A DNA stretch of 64,000 bases from Erysipelotrichaceae bacterium (lineage in GTDB: Bacteria; Bacillota_I; Bacilli_A; ML615J-28; CAG-313). The translations under genes were made by a program, and so were the position numbers. Location: contig SVBG01000007.1 of NCBI GenBank assembly GCA_015059015.1, positions 1,451-65,450 on the forward strand. The letters run 5' to 3'. This document shows, piece by piece, positions 49,887 through 60,052 of this stretch (position 1 is the stretch's first letter; each line of letters begins with the position of its first letter). The notes under the pieces were generated by a model that made no database searches, had not been told where the DNA came from, and was given only the letters and a program-made list of their open reading frames with translations.

Positions 49887-50470
49887 CTAACTGTTGTAAG
49901 TTCTAAAAATCCTGGTAATGTTTCACACCAAGCACAGAAGATTTTCCATTCTTCTAATTTATGAGTTCTTCTTTGGTAGTACATTGTTTTTAATTGTTGA
50001 TAATTTGTTGTCATTGTTGCACCAAGGCAAAACCCACATGGAAGTGTCGCAACTAAAGTTCTCCATTTTGCTTTTTTAGATTCATCAAACTCAGGAAGTG
50101 CATTATATTCTACAACAAGTTCTTCTAAGACTTTAATAACTCTATCATCAGTTTCATCAACACATTGTGTTCTAATATCAAACTTTAGTAAACAATGCAT
50201 TGTAGATTGACTTGAAATAAAGTCAAACCAGTGATATCTTTGTGCTTGTTTCCACCAATATAGTGGAGCAGTAACATCAAGTTGAACTAAAATACCTTTT
50301 AAAAAGTTATCATGCCCTGCACCTTGTTTAGTTGTTCCAAGTCTTACTGCACGAGCAATATCTTTTTCATCAATATCCGAAGTTTCAATTATTGTACGCA
50401 TTGGATTACCTGATGCCTTAATTGCTCTTTCATATCCGTATACTTGAGTGTTTTCAATTTTAAATTTCAT
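49877..50470 (-). CDS. ThyX-like (flavin-dependent thymidylate synthase fold) protein with a non-canonical active-site motif
   Basis: Collinear with ThyX in its N-terminal, GH(E/D)..F and C-terminal (R...EEW.I) blocks, compared from memory. RYH replaces the RHR motif and SxSxMH replaces SxRY. Co-operonic with folD. Confidence 0.45.
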   Translation of the reverse strand: MKFKIENTQVYGYERAIKASGNPMRTIIETSDIDEKDIARAVRLGTTKQGAGHDNFLKGILVQLDVTAPLYWWKQAQRYHWFDFISSQSTMHCLLKFDIRTQCVDETDDRVIKVLEELVVEYNALPEFDESKKAKWRTLVATLPCGFCLGATMTTNYQQLKTMYYQRRTHKLEEWKIFCAWCETLPGFLELTTVRKK

Positions 50471-51270
50471 TATTTTAATCCTCTTCTATTATTATAACAA
50501 ATTAATAAATTTTCTAACATTGCACATCTAGTAAGTAGTCCTACGCCTCCTGGAACAGGTGTTTGTAAACTAACATTTAAATTTGGTGCACAGTCGCCAT
50601 ATAGTTTTCCATCAACTCTATTAATTCCAACATCCACAATAACTGCAGTTTCTTTTAATGGTTGATCGCATAAGAAATGTTTTTTCCCTACAGCAACAAC
50701 TACAATATCAGCATGCGCTAAATAAAAGTTCATATCTTCTTTTTTCGTTCTTGAATGTAATATTGTAACATTACAGTTAAGACCTAATAATAATTGTGCA
50801 ACAGGTTTACCAACAATATTACTTCTTCCAATCACAACAGCATTTTTACCTTCAAATTCTACGTTTTCATTTTTTAAATAATCAATAATCCCTTTAGGTG
50901 TACAAGCAATACACTTAGATAACGGATGGAAGCCATCTACATCTTTAATAGGAGCTATTGTTTCTTTAACCTTAGTCTCATTAATATGTTTTGGAAGTGG
51001 CATTTGAACTAAAATACCATCAACATCATCATTGTAATTATTCATTTTAATTACATTAAGAAGTTCATTTTCTGTAATATCAAGTGATAATTTAAGATGT
51101 GTACATTTTGCACCAATTAAAGATAAATCTTTAATTTTTCCTTTTACATATGCATTAGATGCTTCATCTTCATTAACTTGAATAATTAATAAATGAGGCT
51201 TTTCTTCTAAATTATTAATTGTTTCATTTAAAAAGTTTTTCCTCATTTTAACATATTCTTTAATTTCCAT
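50470..51270 (-). CDS. folD: Bifunctional 5,10-methylene-THF dehydrogenase / methenyl-THF cyclohydrolase FolD
   Basis: PVPGGVGLLT motif and the YVKGK... region. 266 aa. Confidence 0.85.
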   Translation of the reverse strand: MEIKEYVKMRKNFLNETINNLEEKPHLLIIQVNEDEASNAYVKGKIKDLSLIGAKCTHLKLSLDITENELLNVIKMNNYNDDVDGILVQMPLPKHINETKVKETIAPIKDVDGFHPLSKCIACTPKGIIDYLKNENVEFEGKNAVVIGRSNIVGKPVAQLLLGLNCNVTILHSRTKKEDMNFYLAHADIVVVAVGKKHFLCDQPLKETAVIVDVGINRVDGKLYGDCAPNLNVSLQTPVPGGVGLLTRCAMLENLLICYNNRRGLK

Positions 51271-51279
51271 AAAAATCTC

Positions 51280-52290
51280 CTATTTTATTCCATCAGGATT
51301 ATTTTGTTGGAATCTCCAAGCATCAATCGCCATATCATCAATTGTTTTAGAAGTCTTAAACCCCATTTCATTATAAGCTTTAGAAGCATCTGCATAACAA
51401 GTACCAATATCACCAGCACGACGAGGTGTAATTTTATATGCTATCTTTTTACCTGTTGCTTTTTCAAAAGCTTTAACCATTTCTAAAACACTATACCCTT
51501 TACCAGCGCCTAAATTATAAATAACAAGACCTGGATTTGTAGTAAGCTTATTTATAGCACATACATGTCCAATAGCTAAATCAACAACATGAATATAGTC
51601 TCTAACACCAGTACCATCAATTGTATCATAATCATCACCAAATACATTTAAGTAAGGCAACTTTCCAATCGCAACTTGTGTTATATATGGACATAAATTA
51701 TTTGGAATCCCATTTGGATCTTCTCCAATAAGTCCAGATGAGTGGGCACCAACTGGATTAAAATATCTTAGCATTGCAATATTCCAAGATTTATCAGAAA
51801 GACATAAATCTTTTAAAATATATTCAATAAACAATTTTGTTCTTCCATATGGATTAGTCGCAGAAAGCGATGCATCCTCATTTATAGGCATAACACTTTG
51901 AAATCCATATACAGTTGCAGATGATGAGAAAATTAAATTTTTACAATTGAATTCTTTCATCACTTCAAGTAGAGAAAGTGTACTTAAAATATTATTTTCA
52001 TAATATTTTAAAGGAATTTCTGTAGATTCGCCAACAGCTTTAAGTCCTGCAAAATGAATTACTGAATCAATTTTATGATTATTAAAAACTTCTTTTAAAT
52101 CTTCTTTATTACAAACATCTATTTGATAAAAAGTAACATCTTTATTAGTAATTTTTTTAATGCGATTTAATACTTCATATTTAGAATTAGATAAATTATC
52201 AACAATAATTACATTATGATTTCTATTTAATAATTCTACAACTGTATGACTACCAATATAACCTGTTCCACCAGTAACTAGTATATTCAT
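51280..52290 (-). CDS. galE: UDP-glucose 4-epimerase GalE
   Basis: VTGGTGYIGSHT and YGRTK (YxxxK) motifs. Start at ATG 52290 with a GGAGGAAT Shine-Dalgarno; the listed N-terminal extension is rejected. Confidence 0.8.
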   Translation of the reverse strand: MNILVTGGTGYIGSHTVVELLNRNHNVIIVDNLSNSKYEVLNRIKKITNKDVTFYQIDVCNKEDLKEVFNNHKIDSVIHFAGLKAVGESTEIPLKYYENNILSTLSLLEVMKEFNCKNLIFSSSATVYGFQSVMPINEDASLSATNPYGRTKLFIEYILKDLCLSDKSWNIAMLRYFNPVGAHSSGLIGEDPNGIPNNLCPYITQVAIGKLPYLNVFGDDYDTIDGTGVRDYIHVVDLAIGHVCAINKLTTNPGLVIYNLGAGKGYSVLEMVKAFEKATGKKIAYKITPRRAGDIGTCYADASKAYNEMGFKTSKTIDDMAIDAWRFQQNNPDGIK

Positions 52291-52300
52291 AAAATTCCTC

Positions 52301-53281
52301 CTATTTATATTCTTGTAATATTTCAATTAATAACTCTGGATCATCTGTCATTATTGCATCAACACCCTTTTCAATTAACATACGCATATCATCAGCATCA
52401 TTAATTGTCCAATATTGAACTGCTATACCACGCTTATGAGCTCTTTTTATAACCGTATTACCTGTTAAACCAATTCCATATTTACTAGTTGGAATTTGTA
52501 AACAAGAAAAATTATTACTATAAAATAAATTTACTCCTAAATACTGTGTTGCAATAAAACCTATAGCATCATTTAATGATGCACCACGATAAAGCGATGG
52601 ATACTTTTCTTTGAAATAATCTCCAACTTCTTTATCAAAACTACTTGCTACAACTCTACCAATATAATTAGGATAAAAACTAAGTGTTTTATACAAAGCA
52701 TCAGCAGCTTGTTTTCCACGTTCGCCTGTATCTTTAATTTCAATACAGAACAATTGATTAGGATAATAATCATGCAGTTCACTTAGCAAAATATCTAACG
52801 CTGTAATACTAAGACCATTATTATCTAATATAGCACTACGATTTTCATCATTTAATCCTACAATATCACGGTATGGATAAACACCATCTTTTTCAAAATT
52901 ATATCCATAATTAAATTGTCTCAATTCTTCTATTGTATGATCTTTAATGTAATACTTTTCACTAGAACCAGTGATAACTTCCACATCAGTAGTTCTATTA
53001 ATTGAACTATCATGATTTACAACTAAAATATTATCTTTAGTTAAATGTAAATCAAACTCTAAAATATCAACACCTAAATCATATACACACCATCTAAATG
53101 TTTTCATAGTGCTTTCAGGATATTTCACCCCTCCACCACGATGTGCAGTAACCATAGGTAATTCATCTGTTAAAAACGGATTATCTTTAACTGCCTTTTT
53201 AGGTGGCACAATATTAATTATTAAAAGAAAAATAATTACAAAAGTAACTATTCCTAAAAATATTTTTGTTCTTTTTTTCAT
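52301..53281 (-). CDS. Membrane-anchored glycerophosphodiester phosphodiesterase (GDPD family)
   Basis: HRG motif (VTAHRGGG) and an E...D / HD region. N-terminal TM helix. Confidence 0.75.
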   Translation of the reverse strand: MKKRTKIFLGIVTFVIIFLLIINIVPPKKAVKDNPFLTDELPMVTAHRGGGVKYPESTMKTFRWCVYDLGVDILEFDLHLTKDNILVVNHDSSINRTTDVEVITGSSEKYYIKDHTIEELRQFNYGYNFEKDGVYPYRDIVGLNDENRSAILDNNGLSITALDILLSELHDYYPNQLFCIEIKDTGERGKQAADALYKTLSFYPNYIGRVVASSFDKEVGDYFKEKYPSLYRGASLNDAIGFIATQYLGVNLFYSNNFSCLQIPTSKYGIGLTGNTVIKRAHKRGIAVQYWTINDADDMRMLIEKGVDAIMTDDPELLIEILQEYK

Positions 53282-53344
53282 TTTATCATCCTCTTTAATC
53301 TTTGTTAATTATATCATATTTTATATAAAAAAACAAACTAATAA

Positions 53345-53395
53345 ATAAAAAAAGAAATGCTAACAGTTTAAACTGTTAGCATAAACTATTTTTTT
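53345..53395. terminator. Terminator after the formate/nitrite-transporter-family gene
   Basis: 13+13-nt perfect palindrome atgctaacagttt/aaactgttagcat with flanking A/T runs. Confidence 0.6.
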
Positions 53396-54086
53396 CACAT
53401 TTCCTAATCAACATTTTTAAACTAGGAATAAATAAACCACCAATTGAATTTCCTATTACACATAGTAAAAGCGATAAAAATGCTTTTGCAGAAAAAGAAC
53501 CATTTAAGAAATAATAAAACATATCAGCAATTGAATGTTCAAATCCACAAATAATAAACCCTGCAATAGCAAGTATCAATACTAAATACTTACCAAAATG
53601 ATGTTCAATTGTTTTAAAGCCTTCAACCGCAATATAAACAAGCATACCACAAAATGCACCATTAATAATCATCACATACCATGGATAATTAATTTTAGAT
53701 GTAACTGAAGTATTTAAATTAACATATAATTTAGCAGCATCAGAATAAACTAATTGAGATGTGCTTGCTTCAGCTATTGCATTTTGACTTGCAAGTCTTA
53801 TAATACCAGCAAAAACTAAACAACCAACTAAATTACCAAATAAACCAATAATTAAACTAATTATTTTTTCAGGATATGATTGTTCTTTATTTTCAAATAA
53901 ATAACAAATCTTACCAGTATATAAGAAATAACCAAAATTACAAATAAGAATTAATCCAATTGGAAACAAAAATGCACCAATTACTTTAGAATTTGCACCA
54001 ATATTAACCTTTAAACAAAGATATCCACCAATACTTATACAAATACCAGCAAGTATTCCTTTAATTAACACGCTTAAATATTTCAT
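53376..54086 (-). CDS. Formate/nitrite transporter (FNT) family channel
   Basis: Six hydrophobic helices. N-terminal GILAGICISIGG resembles the FNT signature. Confidence 0.5.
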   Translation of the reverse strand: MKYLSVLIKGILAGICISIGGYLCLKVNIGANSKVIGAFLFPIGLILICNFGYFLYTGKICYLFENKEQSYPEKIISLIIGLFGNLVGCLVFAGIIRLASQNAIAEASTSQLVYSDAAKLYVNLNTSVTSKINYPWYVMIINGAFCGMLVYIAVEGFKTIEHHFGKYLVLILAIAGFIICGFEHSIADMFYYFLNGSFSAKAFLSLLLCVIGNSIGGLFIPSLKMLIRKCEKNSLC

Positions 54087-54098
54087 CTTCTACTCCTA

Positions 54099-54650
54099 TT
54101 AATTTAAACTATTAGCAAGATATGCTTTATCAAATGCTTTATTTTCTAAATCTTCTTTCTTAATTAAAAAACACACTGGATCTGTTAAATCTTTAAACAA
54201 ATCAAGTTCAGAATAATTACTAAAATCAAGTTTTAATAAACATACTTCATCTAATGTAGGTTTATATCCTTTTAGTTTTGGCATTTTACCAAGAAGTTCT
54301 ACATCACCATCTTCATCACTAAAACTTATTTTATATTCTTGATTATAATTAAACTCTAGTGGTGCTTCTTCATTAAAATCAATTCTTTCTAAAGAACTTA
54401 AATCACCAGTATATCTTACAATACCACGATATGGCTTAGACATTGACGCAAAGAAAAAATATAATATACCACTATTTGGTAGTAATGGATGCTTAACATC
54501 TTTTAAATTAATTTGTCCAACAAACACTTCATCATTAAAAAATATTGCGTCATCATTCCAAGTGCTTGGAACATCAGGGCATCCTAAAATATGGCTTTCA
54601 CCTAACAAAGTTTCATCATCAAATGGCATTTTAACAAGTTCTAATTTCAT
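54099..54650 (-). CDS. DUF1963 (YwqG-like) domain protein
   Basis: ...GCPDVPSTW.....FVGQINL......LPNSGILYFFF pattern. Start at ATG 54650 with an AAGGAAG Shine-Dalgarno; the listed TTG extension has none. Confidence 0.5.
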   Translation of the reverse strand: MKLELVKMPFDDETLLGESHILGCPDVPSTWNDDAIFFNDEVFVGQINLKDVKHPLLPNSGILYFFFASMSKPYRGIVRYTGDLSSLERIDFNEEAPLEFNYNQEYKISFSDEDGDVELLGKMPKLKGYKPTLDEVCLLKLDFSNYSELDLFKDLTDPVCFLIKKEDLENKAFDKAYLANSLN

Positions 54651-54777
54651 AATATAATCTTCCTTTTCTATAATTATTTTACCATTTTTTATTAAATAAG
54701 TCAAAATAATTATTCTTATTTATGTAATCACAACTTATAATTATCATTATTATTAATAATAAATAATATAATTAAAT

Positions 54778-55044
54778 ATGAACGATAATTATTATTCTAA
54801 GTTAGCTAATCTTATATCTTCCTTAACTCCTTTAGAATTTACCCTAACAGCATCACTTTTTGGATACTTTATGTCTTTAACTATACCTATTACTGAACTT
54901 AATTCACTTGGTAACTGGTTTGAACTTGTTGGTCAAATTCTTCTAACTTATTCAGCTCAAGGAACAGCAACACCTACTAACGAACAATATAATCAATTAG
55001 TCCAAGATGTTGAACTATTAAAACAAATAATATTAAAAAAATAA
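54778..55044 (+). CDS. Small hypothetical protein (88 aa)
   Basis: No obvious Shine-Dalgarno, but a strong terminator follows immediately. Confidence 0.4.
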   Translation: MNDNYYSKLANLISSLTPLEFTLTASLFGYFMSLTIPITELNSLGNWFELVGQILLTYSAQGTATPTNEQYNQLVQDVELLKQIILKK

Positions 55045-55070
55045 GTATGCTCTTTTTTGAGCATACTTAT
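55041..55070 (+). terminator. Rho-independent terminator after the small + strand ORF
   Basis: 12-bp stem ataagtatgctc/gagcatacttat with a TTTTTT loop. Confidence 0.6.
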
Positions 55071-55254
55071 AAATTTATCAAAAACCTAAAACTTCTTTAA
55101 TTTTATTATCAGATAATCTCTTTAATGTCTTGAAATTAATTGTTGGATATTTAAAAGATTTTAAAATTAATTCACAATTCTAAAGTTTCCTTTCTAAAAC
55201 CATTTTCCCTAGCTAAAGCAACAATTTATTGTTTATTATAATTAAACACACATA

Positions 55255-55995
55255 TCACTCCTTATTAATATAGTTGCTTAAATTTTTGTAAATAAATATT
55301 TTCCATTCAGAATTATAAACATGAGTTTGTTTGTTATTATCAAAATATCCCTTAATAGAATCAGATATCTCATGACATTTTTCAAAAAAAGAATTTGGAA
55401 TATCAAGTTGTTCTTTAAATAAAGATAATATTACACCTACCTTTTTATATAACATTTTTGAATTAATTTGTTCCGAATAATTCAATACTTTATCTATTGA
55501 AATATATTTAATTAATTTAATACAATTTAACATCTCTTCTAATTCAATATATTTACCAGAATCTTTTATAGAATCAACAATTGTTCTTTCAATTGAAGAG
55601 ACTTTAACCCCACGAATCTCTTCAACAAATGAAGTTAATGATGTATTAATTAGAAAATATTCCACATCATTAAATTCAAAAGAATTAAATTTTGAAACAA
55701 ATGAAACATAAACATTATTATACACTTGATTATAATAACCGTAAAATTCAAATGCTGAATGATGTGAAATAAATGCTGATTCAGTAATACTTGAACCAAT
55801 TAAAAATTTATTTGCTAAACACTCATTTGTTTCAAAACTTACAGTACTATACAAAATATGCTTAATTCGTTTAATATACCCTTTTTTCAAATAATTTTGT
55901 AAAGTAACGTTTGATAAATTATCATATCCAACAATTTTAACAAAATCATTATAGTTAAAAACTTTAATTTTTGATAATTCACCTAAATATTTCAT
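55255..55995 (-). CDS. AbiEi-like (type IV toxin-antitoxin antitoxin / wHTH N-terminal domain) protein, orphan
   Basis: N-terminal pattern ...NYNDFVKIVGYDNLSNVTLQNYLKKGYIKRIKHILYS resembles the AbiEi wHTH (G.I.R...G.Y). No AbiEii partner in the window. Confidence 0.35.
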   Translation of the reverse strand: MKYLGELSKIKVFNYNDFVKIVGYDNLSNVTLQNYLKKGYIKRIKHILYSTVSFETNECLANKFLIGSSITESAFISHHSAFEFYGYYNQVYNNVYVSFVSKFNSFEFNDVEYFLINTSLTSFVEEIRGVKVSSIERTIVDSIKDSGKYIELEEMLNCIKLIKYISIDKVLNYSEQINSKMLYKKVGVILSLFKEQLDIPNSFFEKCHEISDSIKGYFDNNKQTHVYNSEWKIFIYKNLSNYINKE

Positions 55996-56047
55996 TTTAT
56001 CATCAATATTATTTTAACAAATTTAAATATAAAGTCTATAAGAAGGT

Positions 56048-56100
56048 TAAATTTTATCTCTGTATAGTAATTAATTTTACTATACAGAGAACTTTTTTAA
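56048..56100. terminator. Hairpin terminator between the smpB-linked operon and the AbiEi-like gene
   Basis: 14-bp stem tctctgtatagtaa/ttactatacagaga, nested inside an outer aaggttaaa/tttaacctt pairing. T7 on the + strand. Confidence 0.45.
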
Positions 56101-56107
56101 CCTTTTT

Positions 56108-57286
56108 TTAAAATAAATTCTTTAAATATTTATTATTATTTTTAATAATCAATGTAGTATAAATAAAGCATCCAATACCTAGTAGTGGTAATATAGGAAC
56201 AATATCAACATCCTTATTATCTCTAATATTAATAATTACAAATTTAAATGTTTTACCATTTTCATCTTCTAATACTATTTGTTGATTAGGCTTTAAAACA
56301 TCAAAATCAGATATTATTTTAAACATTTTATTACTTATATTATCAAAAAACTTAAGTTCAGGATATTCTTCACTCATAGACTTTAACATTTGATAATAAA
56401 GCAAATCTCTTGCATGATAATATCTCGTGCATCCTGATAGCCTAATTTCTTTAGTTAATTCATTGTAAAGTTCATATGCTGTTAAGTAATCTTTAATAAA
56501 TACATAATATTCCATTTTCAATGAAAGTAATTCACAAAGATTTCTTTCTATATCACTATCAGATATCATATCATTTGTATAATCTTTTTGATAATCTCTA
56601 ACTAAAGGTGTTGTAATTGTTAATGCTTCATCAATATATTTAAGATATTCTTCTGTTTTTTTATCTAAACAATTTATTAGTAGTAAATATGTATCAATAA
56701 ACTCAATGTTGTATTCTTCTTTAGGTGATGAATCAATCAATTCTTTTAACACGTTAATTTTATTATCTAATAGTTCTAAATAGCGAGACAGCGAATAAAA
56801 ATATTCTTCATTTGATAAGTTAAAACCTTTTTTAAAAATCAGCTTATAATACTTTAATGCTTCAGTTTTATTATTGTTATTAAAATAATAATCACCCAAT
56901 ATATATGCAAGACCAGCATCATCAAAAGAAAAATAATAAATTAACTCCAACATTTTGATATATAAATTAATATCATCTTCACAAAAAAACACTCTATATT
57001 CAAAAGTCAATGTTAATAAATAAGATTTTAATTCTGTTTTAGTCAATGAAAAACCTAATTCTTTTTCAGTTAATTCAATAAGTCTTACAATATATTTATT
57101 ATCTACTACTAATAATTCATCAACATGTTCACTAGAATAATATTCATCTAATAATGACAACTCTTCTTTAACTAAATTTTCTTTTACTAGTAATTCTTTC
57201 ATTTTATCACCTAAATATTTTATAAATTTTAAATAAACATTTTGAACAATTGTTGAACAATCAATATTATTCTTTTTCATCTTCAA
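56108..57286 (-). CDS. Hypothetical alpha-helical (TPR-like) protein with a C-terminal transmembrane tail anchor
   Basis: 392 aa of helical, Tyr/Leu-rich sequence ending in the hydrophobic IVPILPLLGIGCFIYTTLII. Overlaps the phosphoesterase gene by 20 nt. Confidence 0.45.
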   Translation of the reverse strand: MKMKKNNIDCSTIVQNVYLKFIKYLGDKMKELLVKENLVKEELSLLDEYYSSEHVDELLVVDNKYIVRLIELTEKELGFSLTKTELKSYLLTLTFEYRVFFCEDDINLYIKMLELIYYFSFDDAGLAYILGDYYFNNNNKTEALKYYKLIFKKGFNLSNEEYFYSLSRYLELLDNKINVLKELIDSSPKEEYNIEFIDTYLLLINCLDKKTEEYLKYIDEALTITTPLVRDYQKDYTNDMISDSDIERNLCELLSLKMEYYVFIKDYLTAYELYNELTKEIRLSGCTRYYHARDLLYYQMLKSMSEEYPELKFFDNISNKMFKIISDFDVLKPNQQIVLEDENGKTFKFVIINIRDNKDVDIVPILPLLGIGCFIYTTLIIKNNNKYLKNLF

Positions 57287-58055
57287 TCACTATCACATTC
57301 ATTTGTTTAGAATAATGCGTACAAGCATCTATCGCAATAATATTGTCATCTTCATAAACACCAAAATTAGCATTTTTAGCAAATTCAACTTCCCTTAACG
57401 CAAAACTATCTAATGTCGGATACTCTTTTCTTGCATGACCATATGAGGTATGATAATGCCCAATAACAACTTTTTTACCTTTTTCACCAATATTATAATC
57501 TATACTCATTTGAATTCCATTTGTCCATCTTGAAGTTGCAAATTCATCACTACTTGAGTTTCGCCAATTTTCTTTATATGTTGCATATATTTCATCAATT
57601 GGAATAAAACCATGTGTAAAAATATAATTTTTAGTTTCAAAAAAATCTTTCATATCATAAAAGAAATCAATTATACCTTCATCACGAAGAGTAAAATATA
57701 CTTCTTTTGTATTATAATAAAACATATCATCACTTGCATCTACAAAAAATAACTTTATAAAATCTTGTAAAGTTCCATATGTACCATTAGTATGGTCATT
57801 TCTTGCAACATAACCTCTGTATAACATTTTAAGAAATAAATCTTCATGATTTCCTTTTATAAGAATAATTTTATTTTTTTCTTTCATTGCTTTTAAAAAC
57901 TCATACATTTTAATATTTTCAGGACCTCGATCAAAATTATCACCTAAACTAATTAACATATGATCTGGATTATTTTCATCAAAGCCTTTTTTAATTAATT
58001 CTTTTCTTAACATTGAATAATAACCATGTACATCACCAAAAATAAAATATTTCAT
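57267..58055 (-). CDS. Calcineurin-like metallophosphoesterase (PPP-family Ser/Thr phosphatase / Ap4A hydrolase-like, PrpE-type)
   Basis: Motifs GDVHG, GDNFDRG, GNHE and a later HGF/GHYH region. 262 aa. Confidence 0.75.
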   Translation of the reverse strand: MKYFIFGDVHGYYSMLRKELIKKGFDENNPDHMLISLGDNFDRGPENIKMYEFLKAMKEKNKIILIKGNHEDLFLKMLYRGYVARNDHTNGTYGTLQDFIKLFFVDASDDMFYYNTKEVYFTLRDEGIIDFFYDMKDFFETKNYIFTHGFIPIDEIYATYKENWRNSSSDEFATSRWTNGIQMSIDYNIGEKGKKVVIGHYHTSYGHARKEYPTLDSFALREVEFAKNANFGVYEDDNIIAIDACTHYSKQMNVIVIEDEKE

Positions 58056-58090
58056 TTTATGCCCCCTTTCTTGTATTTAAAATCCATATT

Positions 58091-60052
58091 TTAGAAATCT
58101 CTAAAATATGGATAAGATACTTCTTGTTTAATATTTTCTTTATAATATAATTTTGCTTCTTTAGTTATAAATTTTAAACAACGTTTAATCATTAAATCTA
58201 AATCTTTATCATTTATATTAAGCTTGTTATTAATTTGTTTTAGCATCACAAATTTAGAAATCTCATAACGATCAAAAGTATGAGTTGAGGATAATAATTC
58301 TTTAGCAAGTGCTAAATCAAAATCTTTTTCACCATTTAAAGCAAAATATGCATACAAATAAATTACACTATTAGATGCATTTTTTCCCATAGAATATATT
58401 CCACTTAAAACTAAGTCTTTAGCTTTTTTAGTATCTTTTTCAACACCAATACCTTTGTAATAACAATGAGCAAGATATCCTACTGAACAGTTACAAGGAT
58501 TAAATGGTTGATTATTATAAATCTTAAATGCTTCGTTATAATGTTTAAATGCATTATTAAAATCTTGTTTAAATTCATAAAATTTACCCATTGTAGAACA
58601 CATACAAGCTTTATCCTCTAGGTCTTTAAACGAAAGTTCTAAATAAACTTTAGCTTTATCAAAATCTTGTTTATAACCATTTTCACCATATAAGTATCTA
58701 ATACCTATTTTTCTTTTCGACCAAGGATCAAGATCTTCAATTTTATCAGCTTGATGTTTTAGAATTAATTTAGTAAGTTTACTAGGGTCATCTACAAGAC
58801 CTGCTATTTCATCTAAATATTCAATTTCATCAATATAATTTCTTAAAAATGCTTCATGATAATATTCTACTTGTTCATCATAACTTCTTCCGATTGCTTG
58901 AGCCATTACTGCAAGTAAATAAGCACCTTTACCATCACTATCAGGAATACCAGCACGATAATGTTCTTTTAATAAATCATAGTTTTCTTCATATCTAAAT
59001 AATTTATTATTTAAAAAACAAATTTCATATAGAATAAATGATTCTTTAGAATCTTTATACGCATCATATTGTAATGATAAACATTGATTAATATTTTCTA
59101 TGCTATCACCTTTAGAAAGTAATAAATATCCTAGTGAATACTTGATTTTCCAAGAATCATTATTCGCTAAGTACTCTTCACAAAGTTTAATTGCAGCATC
59201 AATATTACCACTATTTTCATATACTTTGATCTTTTCAATCATGATCTCAACTACATTTTCTTTAGTAATTAATGTATCAAGAATTCCAATTGCATCATCA
59301 TAACGTTTAAGTGCTGTAAAAATCTCAACTCTTGTTAAAGCAATCACAAAAGCATTATCTGTATAATTAGAAAAAATATCTAAATAACGTATTGCATCTT
59401 CTAAATCATTAACATAACTTTCATCACCTTTAGATATTTTATCAAGTCCTATTGCGTATGAAAGTTTTTCTTTTGCATAATACAAATCACCAGCATTCCC
59501 AAAATTAGCTTGTACTTTTGCAATAACACTTTTAGCAATATCATATTTTTTTAAGCCTATTAAAATATCAACTTTTAATAAATAATATTCTAAATCTGCA
59601 TCTTCTTTGAGTTCTTCAAATACATGTTCAATATAAATCAAAGCTTTTGCTAAATCACTGTTAGAATATTTATGAAAATATGCACGTGCTAACGCATAAT
59701 AAATATCAATCTTTAAATCAACTGGAGAATTATTGTTTTTTTCTAATAACTCTAACGCAACTTTTCCTTTTTCAATTACCATATCATATTCATCATCCAT
59801 ATCATACATTATTGTAACAAGCTGAATACTAGGTATTTGATATGGATTTTTAAAACTTGATAAATAATTAAAATCTGACAAAGTAGCTGGAAAATGTTTT
59901 TTTAAATGTCCAAAATCCACAATTGACCTAAAATAAATAGCTTCATAATTTTTAGGATTTTCTTCTATTAACTTAGAAAACGCATCATATGCTTCTTCAA
60001 ACTTATTTTCTTGCATTAACTTTATTGCTTCAATATTTAATGTTTTCTTCAT
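58091..60052 (-). CDS. TPR / Sel1-like repeat protein
   Basis: N-terminal TPR-like helices. C-terminal Sel1-like units (...KAKVYLELSF..., ...GYLAHCYYKGIGVEKDTKKAKDLV...). The ATG immediately follows the smpB stop, with AAGAGGT inside smpB. Confidence 0.6.
   Translation of the reverse strand: MKKTLNIEAIKLMQENKFEEAYDAFSKLIEENPKNYEAIYFRSIVDFGHLKKHFPATLSDFNYLSSFKNPYQIPSIQLVTIMYDMDDEYDMVIEKGKVALELLEKNNNSPVDLKIDIYYALARAYFHKYSNSDLAKALIYIEHVFEELKEDADLEYYLLKVDILIGLKKYDIAKSVIAKVQANFGNAGDLYYAKEKLSYAIGLDKISKGDESYVNDLEDAIRYLDIFSNYTDNAFVIALTRVEIFTALKRYDDAIGILDTLITKENVVEIMIEKIKVYENSGNIDAAIKLCEEYLANNDSWKIKYSLGYLLLSKGDSIENINQCLSLQYDAYKDSKESFILYEICFLNNKLFRYEENYDLLKEHYRAGIPDSDGKGAYLLAVMAQAIGRSYDEQVEYYHEAFLRNYIDEIEYLDEIAGLVDDPSKLTKLILKHQADKIEDLDPWSKRKIGIRYLYGENGYKQDFDKAKVYLELSFKDLEDKACMCSTMGKFYEFKQDFNNAFKHYNEAFKIYNNQPFNPCNCSVGYLAHCYYKGIGVEKDTKKAKDLVLSGIYSMGKNASNSVIYLYAYFALNGEKDFDLALAKELLSSTHTFDRYEISKFVMLKQINNKLNINDKDLDLMIKRCLKFITKEAKLYYKENIKQEVSYPYFRDF

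Noticed and set aside
55045-55254. Search for tmRNA (ssrA) downstream of smpB
   Set aside because: No GGGG…GGTTCGA-type 5'/T-arm/CCA features and no GC-richer RNA-like island were found anywhere from 54.7 to 60 kb. The absence is reported as a finding, not as a feature.
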